Shown: in pieces, positions 37,809-50,500 of the stretch
Numbering within the stretch: the stretch's first letter is position 1
Layout of the letters: each line of letters opens with the position of its first letter
NCBI GenBank assembly: GCA_001662655.1
Contig: KV460206.1
Reading direction: 5' to 3' (one strand)
DNA length: 64,000 nucleotides
Origin: Pseudogymnoascus verrucosus
Lineage: Eukaryota
Position numbers and translations under genes: made by a program
The notes under the pieces: model-generated
Told to the model about the DNA's origin: nothing
The model's database searches: none
The model's input: the letters and a program-made list of their open reading frames with translations, nothing else

Positions 37809-40227
37809 GTAAAGAATGGGCTCTCTCGACACGACTGCTCCTCGCGCTGGAATCGGAAGGGCGTGTTTGTCATCACCATCGCCACTCACTCCTCTCTCTC
37901 ACTCGGACTCGGCTGGGCAAATCGAAAAAAAACTTGCTCGCTGGGTGCATGAAATCGAAGTGTGACTCGTTGGGTGACGCGTGCGCCGCTTTTTTTCATC
38001 GTGTGCGGGGACCTCGTCGTCTCGTCGTTGCTCTCTCTTCTTGCCGGTTTTTTATTGCTTTGGGCTCGGGGCTGGCTGGGGCAGGTGTTGAAATTGCGGT
38101 GGTTGGGCTCGGGGGCTTGGGGCGGGCTGCAATTATGCTACTACTACTACTTGCTACTCTTTTATCGTAACTGTGCTTTTTTTTAACCATGTTTTTTTGA
38201 AACTCTTCGTGATGGGACTGGGGGAAGCTTGGCCATGGGAGGAAAGTGTGCGGATTTTGCTATGTTTTTTTTGTGTTGCTTCGGATGGGTTTTAGTTGGG
38301 GTCTTTTTTTTCGACATAATCAGGAGGGAGGGCTTTGTCGGAGGGGAGGAGGGGGGATACTAAAACGTCGTTGCTTGCCATGATTTTTTGTGTATGCTGT
38401 GATGGTGATGGTGATGATGGTGATGTGATCTGATATATGGTGACCATCTCCCGTGATGCATTGATGGCCTAGAACGAACTCCCATCCTCCCTCCCTCCAC
38501 CACGTATGCAGGAACCGCACACCACCATCATCATCTTGCACGATCACCTTCCCAAACGACATTCAGTAGTACAAACCCTTGTTCTTATACCTAAATCCCC
38601 ATGATGTCTCGGAGTCACGTTTCGTCCTGAAGCTAACTGCCTGCCCTTCCCCGTCTGATAATATCTCTCCAACCAATGACCTGGAGACACAGATTTCCTC
38701 CTATCATCCATCGTCAAGCATACACCCTTTCAGCTGCTGCGTGTGAGGGAGAGAGATAGGAGGACGAGTGGTGTGCCACCGAAGGAAGGGAGTTTCGGAT
38801 CACGAACGAACGAACGACGATGAATGGCCATGTGGCTGTGCATGCCTTCAAGCGAGGAAACTGAGAACCTCAACACAGATACGACGTCTACATAACCTCC
38901 CCCCATCCATCCTATCGCCGTCCCTCCCCCACACATCCCCAAACCCCTCCTCCATCCAATCCCTCCCCATCTCAAAATAACTCCTCCCAAGTCCAGAACC
39001 CAGCAAATCATCCTCCCCCAACCAGCCTTACGATCTCCTATGGGGTGATGATCCTGGTGGTCCTGCCCGTCCCAAGCATCCAATCACCCACCAACCCCTG
39101 TCGACCCGTTGAGCGCTCTCGAACGGCCACGCAATGATGCATAAACATAGCGCGACACCCACCCACCGCTCGCATCGGTTGATAGTGCCATACAGAACTG
39201 CACCCACTGAGAACTGCTTCACTGTAGTGGACGGGTGGGCGGACAGTTGTATAGTGATGCTGGGCTGGCGGGGTACGCGGGGAAGGGGGGGATGTTTTGC
39301 AGGTGAGTTGGCGGAGGATGATGTGCTGGGTTGTGCTGCACTGAACTGGACCGGATGGGATGGATGGGGCAAGAGAGTATGGGGTCGTGGGGGGGGGGGG
39401 AGGTGAGGTGAGGTAAGTGGTTCGCCCGCGCTGTGGGGTTTTTATTTGCTTCTCTTGGGTTTATCTCCCTCTCTCTTGCTCAACGTCTTGCATATCACTC
39501 TCAACATATAGCGTGCTACTTTTCTTGGTGTCTACTTGCTCGTCTACTCGCCCGCGTCTGGTTTTCAGATTGGGCTCGCATTGCTATCACAGGACTGTGG
39601 TTGGGAGAGTTGGATCTTCGGTCGTACTTTCGTTTACGTTTTTTGGTCTTTTTGGGTTGCTTTGATACTTGAGGACGTCACGGGAGGATAATAGGTCTGC
39701 ATACCGCTGCGAGGAGACGTGGTTAAAGATACCTACTTCTCTCTCACCCCCCTCCTCGGTCTCTACACCAGTCGACGTGGAGATAGATACCTATACTCCC
39801 CATCCTCGGTCTCTAGACCAGTCCATACACCGTCTAGAAGACTGATAGGCAAGATGATGGCGATGTCGAATCCGGATAGATTGCTCTGAGCGAGTACGCA
39901 ATCGGAACTGACTCGCCCACTGCCAAATCACGGAGACGGATAATACACACCTCCCACGCTCACGCATTGGCAACGGAAGAGACCTGCACTCTGCACCCGT
40001 TTGGTTTGGATAAGGGTCTCGATCCCATCTATAGAGACACGTCAGACGCTCTCGGTCTTCTCTGTCAGATTCGGACTCTGACCATCTCCATCTCATCCCG
40101 CCGCCGCCACCGCCGTTTCAAACTCTCACTTCAAGACCCATCGCCGTCGTCACCTCAGCACCGGCGACGACAACAGACTCGCCCATCTACCATCACAGCA
40201 ACAGGCACATGTAGCCACCTCCCCACC

Positions 40228-42265
40228 ATGGCCGAAACAGTAGAATGCTGGTGGCTCGCCAAACGCGCCGACGACATCGCCTCCGCCCTAACCCGTATCC
40301 GTCTCTCCCTCACCTCCAGCTCTCACGCCGACATAACCAACGTAATCAGCGAAGTCCTTCACTCCGGCTCTCTCCTCCGCGACCTCTCCGATCTTTTGAG
40401 AATCTACCGCGACCGCGTCTCCCTCGTGCGCGGCTTCCTTGGCATCCTGGCGCCCTGCTTTGAGAGGAGTGTGGAGGATATCAGGTATTTGCTGGGGGCG
40501 AAGGGGAGTTTGAGGCAGGTGTGGGGGGGGATTGTGGAGAGGATGGAGAGGGAAGGGGGGGGGAGTTTGTATACGAGGTTTATTATGTATAATGGGTATA
40601 TGGTGCAGTTGGTGAGGTTGTTGAGTAGGTGGGTTTTTGGATCCGAGGATGCGGGGGTGGGGTGGGGGTGGGGGATGAAGTGCTGACTATGGATAGGCCT
40701 TCGATGTATGAAGCTACGGTCTTGAAATCTCTTATTGAGAAGACGTTGCGGTTGAGAGCTGCTCGTGGGATTGAAGGTATGCCCCCTTGTCGTTGGAGCC
40801 GAAGCTGTGTGTTAACTAACCCCTATCCAGCTCCGCGAATCCTCCCCCTCCTACCCCTATCCTCCCAAGTCCGGATCCAACAACCAGGCGTGAGTATCTC
40901 ACCCCGTTCTAGTTTGCCATGACTCATAACTGACGGATCCAGCGAATTCACTGGGCTCAGCAGATTTTTGATCGTAAGCACGCGATGACGAGGATGAGGC
41001 ATCAAGTTGTGTATGAACTCCCTTACCCTCAGGCAGCCAACATCCTGCTAACCATCCATCCTAGATCATGCTGCTACGCCCCCTCCATGCCCGACGCCGC
41101 CCTCGAAATCCCTCCCGGCTCGACGGTGCTGTTCAAACTGTACCCCCACCCCCCTTCACCCCTCACCCTCTCCTCCCCCTTTCCCTTTCCTCCACCCCCT
41201 TTCCCCCCTCCCCTTTTACAGACCCCAAGCTAACCCCCCTCCCAGCAAATTCAACCAAAACACCCTCTCAGTAGTCCTCTACCTCCCCCCCTCCCCCCCC
41301 ACCGCCGCCCGGCTCCTCTGTCGCTGGACCGCTCGCGACGGTTCCCCGGCTTACGCATCGCGCGGTCTCCACGAGCTACGCATAAAAAGGAAGGGATGTG
41401 CGTTGAAGCTTGAACGGTGGTCGGCGGAGAGGGGGAAGCCGGAGGAGTGGTTGGTGCTTTATTTTAAGGGGTGGGAGAGTAAGTTTTGCCCGTCCCCGTT
41501 GCGTTTGCTGGGTGATGTGGTGCTGATGGATGGGCAGAAATGGTCCTCTTCCACGACGTCTTCGCGGTGCTCAAACAGCACTGTCCACGCACCGTAATGT
41601 GCGACCCCGAAGAACTGATGCTGGGAGAAGAACGAAAATTATTCCGCGGGTACGACCTTTCCTTCTCCTTTCCCCCATTCCCCCTTTCCCTTTCCTTCCC
41701 CTTCCTCCCCCCCTCCCCCTTTCCCCACCTCACATCACCCTCCACCTCTCTCTCCCCTCTCTCTCCCCCACCCACACTACTAACCATCAAGCCAAACATC
41801 TACTAACAAACCCCCCCAGCCGCATAACCACCCCCACAACCCCCCAAATCCTAACCCTCTACCACGACAAACTAACCTCCTCCCCCCGCCTCTCCGCCAC
41901 CCACCCCAGCGGCCCCCTAAAGCGCTCCCCCCTCTGGACAGCCTTCATCCCCGCCTCCTCGCTGGACGCCTCGAACATCAAACGACATGGCCGGAAAGTG
42001 TTACTGAAGAAATTGGATATGAATGTTTATGAGAATGAGTATGAGGGGAGGAGAGGGAGGGGGGGGGAGGTGGTTTTGGGGTTTTGTGAGGAGACTGGTG
42101 AGTGGCTTTTCCCTTTTTTTTGGGGGGCTTGGGGGGGTTGGGGGGACTGTCTTTGGAGGGAAGGGGGGAGGGGGACTGAGGGATGGATGGGGGCTAACAG
42201 TCTCTATAGATGCGGAGGCGTTCCTGACAGCCTGGAAAGCGCTGGCGAAGGAAGCAGCGCTGTGA
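40228..42265 (+). CDS. Uncharacterised multi-exon (about 9) fungal protein; helical N-terminus followed by beta-rich, possibly PH-like domains
   Basis: CCACCATGG start. A consistent chain of GT-AG introns joins MAETVECWWLAKRADDIA..., RIHWAQQIFD, ARLLCRW...GLHELRIKRKGCALKLERWS...WLVLYFKGWE|KMVLFHDVFAVLK, GEERKLFRG|RI...PLWTAFI and DAEAFLTAWKALAKEAAL*. Confidence 0.8.
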
Positions 42266-42779
42266 AGGTGAGTAGGGGGCGTGAGACTCTATGGTGAGGG
42301 GGGAAGGCTGACAGTTTCTGTAGACGCCGAGGCACTCCTGAGTGCCTGGCGCGCCCTGCCGGAAGAAGAGGCGCTGTGAAGGTTAGGAATGATTTGAGGG
42401 ACTTTTTTTTTTTTTTTTAATGAAGGGAAATCTAAATTGTTTATATACGTTTTGAGAGATTAGGAAGGGAAGGGGGAGATATGCATTTTATAATCCAAAT
42501 TGTAATTTTTCACGTCATAGTCACTAAAATATAATTTGATCAAGTTCACTTCGGTTCATTTATTTTCATTTTCGTCTTTTATTATCTCTATACCTCGCCC
42601 TCCACCTCCCCAGAACATAAGAGAGAAAAAGACCACACAACACACATTTCAGTGAGTGAAGACCAAAACGACAGTTAACTACAAGTATTCCCAAACCCCC
42701 GCCATATCCTACCAAAAAAAAGATTCCCATGACCGCTAAAACCGCAAAACCAATTCCACCACACATCTCATCCCACCGC

Positions 42780-44590
42780 TTACTCAAGACCCAACCCCTC
42801 CAACCTAGCGACAACAGCCTCAATCCCCGCCCCCAACCTCTGCACCCTTAAGAACCTCCTCTCGCTCTCCTCCCAATCCACAAGCTCAAACCTCAACATC
42901 TCCTTCGCCGGCTGGATCGCCGCGATCAGTGCCGCAGTATCAAGTGGTAGCGGTGCGGAAGCAGCTGACGACGACGAGGGAGCGAAGAGGGAGAACATCG
43001 GATCGGAATCAAACTCCTCATCCGCCTCCTCAACAGTCTCTATCGACTTAGCAGCGACCGGTTCCGGTAGTGCGGGTGCCGAGAAGAGAGGGAGCTCAAG
43101 CTTATCCTCCTCCGCCTCGAAGGTACTCGAAGGCTTGCCAGAGAGGACAGAAGCATCGAACCTCACCTCCTCAACACTGTGCACACTGAACACCTGCGGC
43201 TGATAAATGAAATCATGCGTATTCAGATCCAAAAGGTTGAAATCCAACGGCGCCGCATCAGGAATCATAGCGTAGTTGATATTCATATCCAGATTCTGCT
43301 GCTGCTGCTGCGCGTACGGGTTTGGGTCCTTTGGCGCCTGTTGCTGCTGCTGCTGCTCGACAACAGGAGGAGTAGCCTGCTGTTGACGCTCGACAGGGTT
43401 GGGGTTCGTGCTGAGGGTGTCGAGGAAGCCGGAGAAGGAGGGGGAGGAGAGGAGCATGCGGGTTAGGTCTGCGAGACGCTTGTTTTCGGAGAGGAGCTCG
43501 CGGTTCTGGTTGCGGAGGTCGGTGTTCTCGTTGACGCGGGTGGCGATCTCGCCTTCGAGTTGGCCGATGTATTCTGTTCGTATGTTAGTGGTGGTCAAAA
43601 ATAGAGGACATGGGGGATCATGAACATACCCTTCCTCCTCGAGCGGAACGCGCGCGCGGAAACTTTATTCCTCAACTGCCTCCTCTCCTTACTACTCAAC
43701 TTCTTCCCCTCCTCACTGGCCAACAACCTCTCATCCTCATCCATATCCTCCTCATCCTTCCTCGAGCGCCCGCCATGCCCATGGCCCTCCGCAACATCCT
43801 CATCCCCATTACTCGTCGCCTCGCTATTCTGCCTCATCGAGTTAAGCAGCTGCGAGATCTTCTCCTCAACAATCGGATCCGTCGCCGGCCTCGCCCTCGC
43901 CTTCGCCGCCTGCGTCGGCACAGCGCTGTGTCGTTGCTGCTGCGCGATCAGCATCTGCTGCTGCTTGCGCTGCTGCTCAGCCTTCGCCATCGCAGCCTGC
44001 TGCTGATGCATGCCCGGCCAGAGACGCCCGACGTTGCTGGCCTCAACCTTGACGGCGGTTGCGGGAACAGGCGTCTGCGTCTGGCTGGCGTAGTCGGCGG
44101 CGCTGGGGAGGGGGGGGAAGAAGAAGGCTGGGTCGACGGTGGGGGAGTCGTAGTCGATGTCCATGCCTAAGTTGTCGAAGCTGCCGGACCCTGAGGCGCT
44201 TCCGGCATTGAAACCCATGTCGCTGAAGTCATCGGAGTTGTCGACGCCGGAGAGGTAGCCGTAACCGGCGTACATCTGGGAATTGTTGTTGATGGCGAGG
44301 GTGGTCGCGAGACCGCCCGTTGGGATGCCAGTCTGCTGCTTGTGAGCATCGTAGGGGTGGCTAGGAGGAGCGTGCGACTGTTGACGCGGCGGGAGGAGGG
44401 TGTTTGCGGTGGGTGTTGAGGCGGTTGGGCGGAAGGAGACGGACTTGCTGGACTCGGAGGGGGAGATGGAGGGAGAGCCGTAGGTCATGGTCTCGTAGGA
44501 GGAGAGGTCGAGGAGGGAGTCGAGAGGGTCGAGGCAGTTGGCCTGGGAGGCGCTGCGGGACATGGCGTTTTGTGATGATTGGGACGACAT
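42780..44590 (-). CDS. bZIP transcription factor, 2 exons (intron within the bZIP domain, about 43573-43629)
   Basis: LLASEEGKKLSSKERRQLRNKVSARAFRSRRK|EYIGQLEGEIATRVNENTDLRNQNRELLSENKRLADL, plus a Q-rich region and a GRLWPGMH motif. Confidence 0.93.
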
Positions 44591-45801
44591 TGCGTCTGAT
44601 GTGTGGATGAGTGTTGCCCGTTTGTTCAGGCGTGGTTGAGGGTGCTCAGGAGCGGATTGGCGTGAGTGTGCAGTCCCGGATGCGGTGGTGGGAGCATGCA
44701 ACGGCGTGAAATGGGTTGGTTCTTCTGTTGTGGTGTTTGAATGTTTCGAGTGAAAATCAAGATCGTGAGATGTTTTACTCGGTGATAGTTGAATGTTTGG
44801 AGATAGTTTTCGATGAAAGGGAGGAGAATGGAACACAAGCAATGGAAGTTTGAAGGGGTGTGGGATGGAGGATGGTTTTGGACAATGGCAGCCTGAATGC
44901 GCAGCAGGTGAGGATTCAGGCGCTGGGGATTGTCATTGGGTGGTATAAGGGTTGGGATTATGGGTGTAGGGGAGGGATTATGGGTGTAATTGGGTGGAAG
45001 ATGGTGATTTGTGCCTGGGGGATGTGAAGGGAAGTGAAAGGCCGCGTCAGCCATCAAGCACGATCTTTGTTAGGGAAGGTTACGAAGGTTACGGGGAAGT
45101 AGCGGTAGGGCTGTTTTAGAGTGGCGAGGTACAAAGTGGAGAGAAGGGGCAGATATAAATGGTAGAGTCGGAGATTAAAATGGTCCGACAAGGGTGGGTG
45201 TTGATAGAAGGAGTGACATCGTATAGAAGTATCTCTCTCAACGGCAGTGGTCTATTTGGTGTTGGTTTTGTGTGTGTAGAGTGTGCAGACTGGCTAAATC
45301 CACAGCCCCAGACCAATCGGCGATACATGACAGACAAGTACCCTAAGCGTTATCTCCGATTACTGTCTACCAAAATAACCTGCACCGCCTGCACCGCCCT
45401 ATGCCATTCCCCTTCCATCCTCAGGTCTCAGGCAAACAAGTGGATGAGTAAGAAAACCCTTCCGACCCAGCCAATCGCAACCACTCGCTTCACATCCCTC
45501 ATCCCAACTCCAACGGGCGGTTGTGCGTGTTGAAAAGGCCGCGTGGCAAAACATTGCACTACGACGATAAGATTCTAGTAAGGGGTACGTACTATCAGTA
45601 GTAAAATACTCCTAACTCCCTAATCTGATCCAGCGAAAGGACTGTAACCCTGACGGCTCAATGCTAAAAAGATGCTAAAATATTGTTGATGCGTACGGAC
45701 TACTCTCCGTGTCCGTATGGTCGGTAATTCGATTGTCAGGCCGAATATCCCACAGACTCTCTTTTCTCCCCTTTCTCCTTCTCCCTCATAGTCCGACGAC
45801 T

Positions 45802-45927
45802 GTCCGTCTATCACCGTCTATCCTCCGTGGTAAACCCACCGCCTATCCGTCAATCCGTCTATCCGTCTATCAGTGTCCGTCTATCAGTGTCCGTCTATCA
45901 GTGTCCGACTATCACTGTCTATCACTC
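45802..45927. repeat. Tandem array with 14-bp unit TCCGTCTATCAGTG and degenerate flanking copies
   Basis: Three consecutive exact units at about 45862-45903 plus partial copies on both sides. Confidence 0.85.
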
Positions 45928-47500
45928 TAACGGCATATATCCCCTATCCCATCCACCCAACCTGCATAAAACCACCAAACCTGACACAACTCCTCCCCCC
46001 CCCCGTGCATAAACACCGCATAGAACAGACGACTGTCCCATATGCACCCACCACCTCCTTATTTAACCCATAAACGGCATTTCCCGTCCACCCCCCCCCG
46101 GCCCAACCCAAATCCAGTAAAACACGACCGACCGAACGACCGAACCCGCGGCGCATAAGCATCAAAAACCCAGTCTCACATCACACTCTACCACGTCTCA
46201 CGCTTCCACCGCACCACCACCGCGCCCCTTTCATCCACTCTCTTGCCCCCCTTTCCCTCGCCTCCTCCATCGGACCGCAGACCGGAGACCATAGACCGCA
46301 GACCGCATCAGCCCAGCGGCTAATGCGAAACCTGCTCTCTGCACCGCTCGCTGGCTCGTATACAGCAGTACAGCCGCTTCAGCTGCAACTATGCGCTATA
46401 CCTACTGCCCACTCGAGTACGTACGTCTGGTATGCACACCCACTGCAGCAGTCAGTCTGTATGCGCTGGGCTAAATATCGTGCATACCAGACTGCAGTGG
46501 GTAAGAAGGGAAGTGGAGGGGACGCGTAGGCATTGTCTATTCTTGCATACAAAATCGTAGTAGTTTTCGTGAAGATGCGTGTGGAGTTGGCAGGAAGGAG
46601 GTGCGATGAGGTAAGGCTGTGTGTTGTAGATGGACTACGCAAGTAGTTTCCTGTAGGGGAGTAGTGCTGACGAGTACATATCTGCGTGCCCGATCGGTAT
46701 TCACATTTCACACAATGCTATACCACCACCCCTTTCATCCCAACTCTCCTCAGACACTGAGTTGACCTGACCTGACTTCAGGCGCTGTGACGAATGAAAG
46801 ATCCGTCAGATCCCTATCTCCTGCAACCTCCCAACTGATCGCCGTCCTTCCTTCACCCTATTCCAAAATATTGTATATCACGTGACCCAAGCTTCTGGTT
46901 TAGACCACTCGGCCATTCCTCGAGTTCAATCAATCAATCAATCACGTGATGCAGCGAGCAAATAGCAGTACAGACGGTTAGTACAGTTCTAACGGTCGCG
47001 GCACCCGAGTGGATCCGCCTCATCGCCCGCCAATCGCCCGCTAGTACAATTTTCCACCGTATTCGCTCGTACTCGCCCGCCAATCGCCTTCGATCACTCG
47101 TACTCGCCCGCCAATCAGCTGCCTCGCGACCCTTCTTAACCGTCTGCGACCGTGGTATTTTTAGCACTTATTTATCAAACATCGCTCGCTGATGTTGATG
47201 GTGCTGGTGATATGTACACGGCGACGAGATCGCTGAGATGGCGATGGCATGGCATAAGTACGGCGATGAGCGCAGTGTGCAAGCGATGTGTTCACTGCGC
47301 CATCGCCGAGCAGGCGACGAGTCCGAAGAACCTGCGAGAGTAGAGCACGTGGCGAGCTTGAGAGGGGGGCCGCGACGAGGTTTGGAAGCTGGCGATGAGG
47401 AGGTTGGAGTTGGTGGTGTCTGTTTCAATTAAAGCGGGTGGGTGGTATACGTGATAATATGCATTGAATAGAGGAAGTTGAGAATGGTATTATTTTCCCC

Positions 47501-50500
47501 CTATTGGGGCCAGTCGGAGAAGTCTATGTCTGCTTTAGAACTGTCAAAATCGTTCATATCTAAGAACTCATTGGGGAAATCTTGTGGGTTGTATATAAGT
47601 TCTTGTGGCATCTCATCCTGCAGGGGCATCGCATCATCCATGAGTATCTCATCACCTAGGCGCATCTCATCATCCCAGAACATCTCATCACTCAGGCGCA
47701 TCTCACCATACGGCGGTACCCAGTCACTAGGCCTTCCATTACTGAATACAACAGGAGGTTGACCCGGAGTATAAAGTTGACTCGGAGCAGGAGGTTGACT
47801 CGGAGCAGGAAGTTGACCCGGAGTATAAAGTTGACTCGGAGCAGGAGGTTGACTCGGAACAGGAGGTTGACTCGGAGAAGGAAGTTGACTCGACGCAGGA
47901 GGTTGACTCGGAGCAGAAAGTTGACTCGGATAAGGAAGTTGGCTTGGAACAGAAAGTTGACTCGGAGCAGAAAGTTGACTCGAAGCAGGAGGTTGACTCG
48001 AAGCAGGAAGTTGACTCGGAGGAGGAGGTTGACTCGGAGCGTGACTTCGGGGGCTGACGTTTGGAGGTGAAGAAGATTGGCTATTAACCGCAATCCCACT
48101 ATCCGCAATCGAGCTCAGAGGAGCCGCGGGTTGTGCGTGCTGCCTGCCATTGCCATGATGTCCCGAATTTCGGCTCCTTAATGGTTCCAAGGAGTGAGTC
48201 GAGCGACGACTATAATCCTCAAACTGCCTGTTCGACCCCTGAGAAATTACCATTTGGAGGAGGGCGTGGCGCTGCTCTAGAGTGCTTTCTGGTGACCAGA
48301 TGGGATTAGACAGATATTCTTCATCAATAGTAGATGGCCCATGAGTATCACAGTAATCACGGAACATGAGCAATTCCATAGACAGCCCCGTATCCATATA
48401 CGCCGACCTCGGCCGTGCTTGCTTCGGGAACAGGATCTCCCAAATTACGAACCACTGATTCTCCTCAGTAATATTATGATCCGATTTGCGCTTCAGCTGG
48501 GCCCGCTGTCCCGGTGAAATACCCTTGACAGCCGCAGGGTCATCGCGAAGACACGATTTAAGATCGATATGATCATTCAGCGCCGCTTCATTGCAGAAGT
48601 CGATCCTAAGACAATTCTGGCAATATATCTCGGGGGCGTGGCGCCGTGTGAGGTGTTGCTTCACGTCGCGGATCCGCTTGAGTGTCTTGGTGCAGCAGTT
48701 GCCGTGTTTGGCGGGGTCCCTTTTTAGGAAGGGGCAGGCGAATAATGGCTGGGGCTGCTCCTTGTCGGGGCTTTGGTTGGGTTTCTTGTGTAGGGGTTTG
48801 CGGGAGTCGTCATGGTCGGCGTCATCATCATCGTTGGCTGCACGGCGCCTCTTTAGGGGTTGTCCTGAGTTTGTTGGAGAAGTGGAAGATCCGCGTGTTG
48901 CTGCCTGTGTTGTACATTGTCCGCTATCCCCACTTGCGCCCTGAGAAAACTGGCATTGGGTTGTGCTTCTGAATCCTGAGAGAAGCTTATTAACCACATT
49001 GTCTATAAATGCATTTACTTCTGCATTGTTCTCAGGCATTTCAAATTGTTCCGAGGAGTCGGATATTGAAAGAAAGTCCGAATCCAACGACTCATCCTGA
49101 GACGGCATTGTAGAGTTGGACGGAGAATTTACCGCGAGTAGGTTTTGATGGTTTAAAGGTAAATGGCAATTCTGGTCTTCTGTGCAAGGGGGTATACCGT
49201 TTTGTGAAACTGGATGACCGACTTGGCTGCTAGCTGGTGACTGAGAAATTTTCGCTTCATCTTGAGAACTAGGCGACCTAGAGAGAATCTCGTTCGGGTT
49301 GGTTTCGTTGAGATTATAACCTGTGTTTCCTACGTGGCCTATATCTCTTGAGGCATCTTTGGTTTCCGGTAATCTTGACTTCTCGGAATCTATGATTGCG
49401 TACGGTCAGAATATATATTAGTATAGAGATATTCAGAACACTCACCTTCTGCGATCGTCGTCAAGAGATCTGTGCAGGGACTGACGATATGGCGACCAGT
49501 CTCAAGACGATTTACGTCAAAAGAGCTGTAGGACATATTAAAGCTGATTTCCATATGCTGCTCGCCGCAAGAGCAAATTCCATTCTCCAGGTGGAATGGT
49601 CGCCAAAGAAAGACGCCATCAGTGTCCTTGAACAATTGCAGCGTTAGTGTTGGCCCCTTGAGTAGGACCAGCCCATCATCGATGATGGCTTTGTCCGTTT
49701 GGAGATGGGATAAGAGCAGTCCGAAAGGTAGCTCGAGTCCTGGATATGCCTCTGGTCGACGGGAGATGGGAAATCCTTGGATAACATTGCGTTTACCAAC
49801 AAGGTGTTGCCACAAGCTCAGTTTCCGTGATATGGAATCGGTTAGGTTTGCTAGAGGTGCAAATTTAATACCAATCTCGCAGTGACATATGTACCTGAAC
49901 TGTTTAGTGCTGGTATAATTTATGATTGATGGCGCGCAGTAGCCAACTAAATCTCGACTGTTAGTATAAATAGCACTCTGCAGCCAAGCAAGTTGCTCGG
50001 CGCATTCTGCAATAAAGTGAGCTGGCCCGATCGTAGTTATTATAAAACGGCGCCTACGGATTCTAGCATCAAGCTGAGTATTGTCTGGCAAGATAACTAG
50101 TTAAGAATTAGTATCAGCTACACTAAGAAAGTATTTAACTCGATAACTTACCATAGTGGCGATGATCGGAATAGGTAATCGCTTTTTGGAGCACATCGAG
50201 AAGATGTATGCCGTACGTAGGCCACGTCTGGCGTAGATACTGCTCGACAGTAAGTGCTTGGGATTCCTCTTGACAACCAGTCACTGTAATCAATTCAGAA
50301 AGCGATATTTCTGATGTTAGTAGTTTCGAAAACAACCTTTTTCCTCTGTCCGTAGTATCGTCCCATTGAAGGCAAAATGTAACTTCACAAGCATTAAGAT
50401 GGCGTCGTTTGCTAATGGTTCTGGTTGGAAGTTTGTCCAAAATCTTTTGGCGTATGTTCTCAACCATGATACGTGGTTGCCTCGAGCCCCACTGAAGAGA

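Noticed and set aside
38590..38660. Possible box C/D snoRNA (ATGATGT...CTGA followed by GCTAAC)
   Set aside because: The C box is imperfect, the spacing is too short, and there is no terminal stem or recognisable rRNA guide.
47692..48108. Alternative-frame repeat ORFs (RVNLLL / LTRSRK) and a CRISPR-like appearance
   Set aside because: They are by-products of an 18-bp coding minisatellite; units are contiguous with no spacers, and the genome is eukaryotic.
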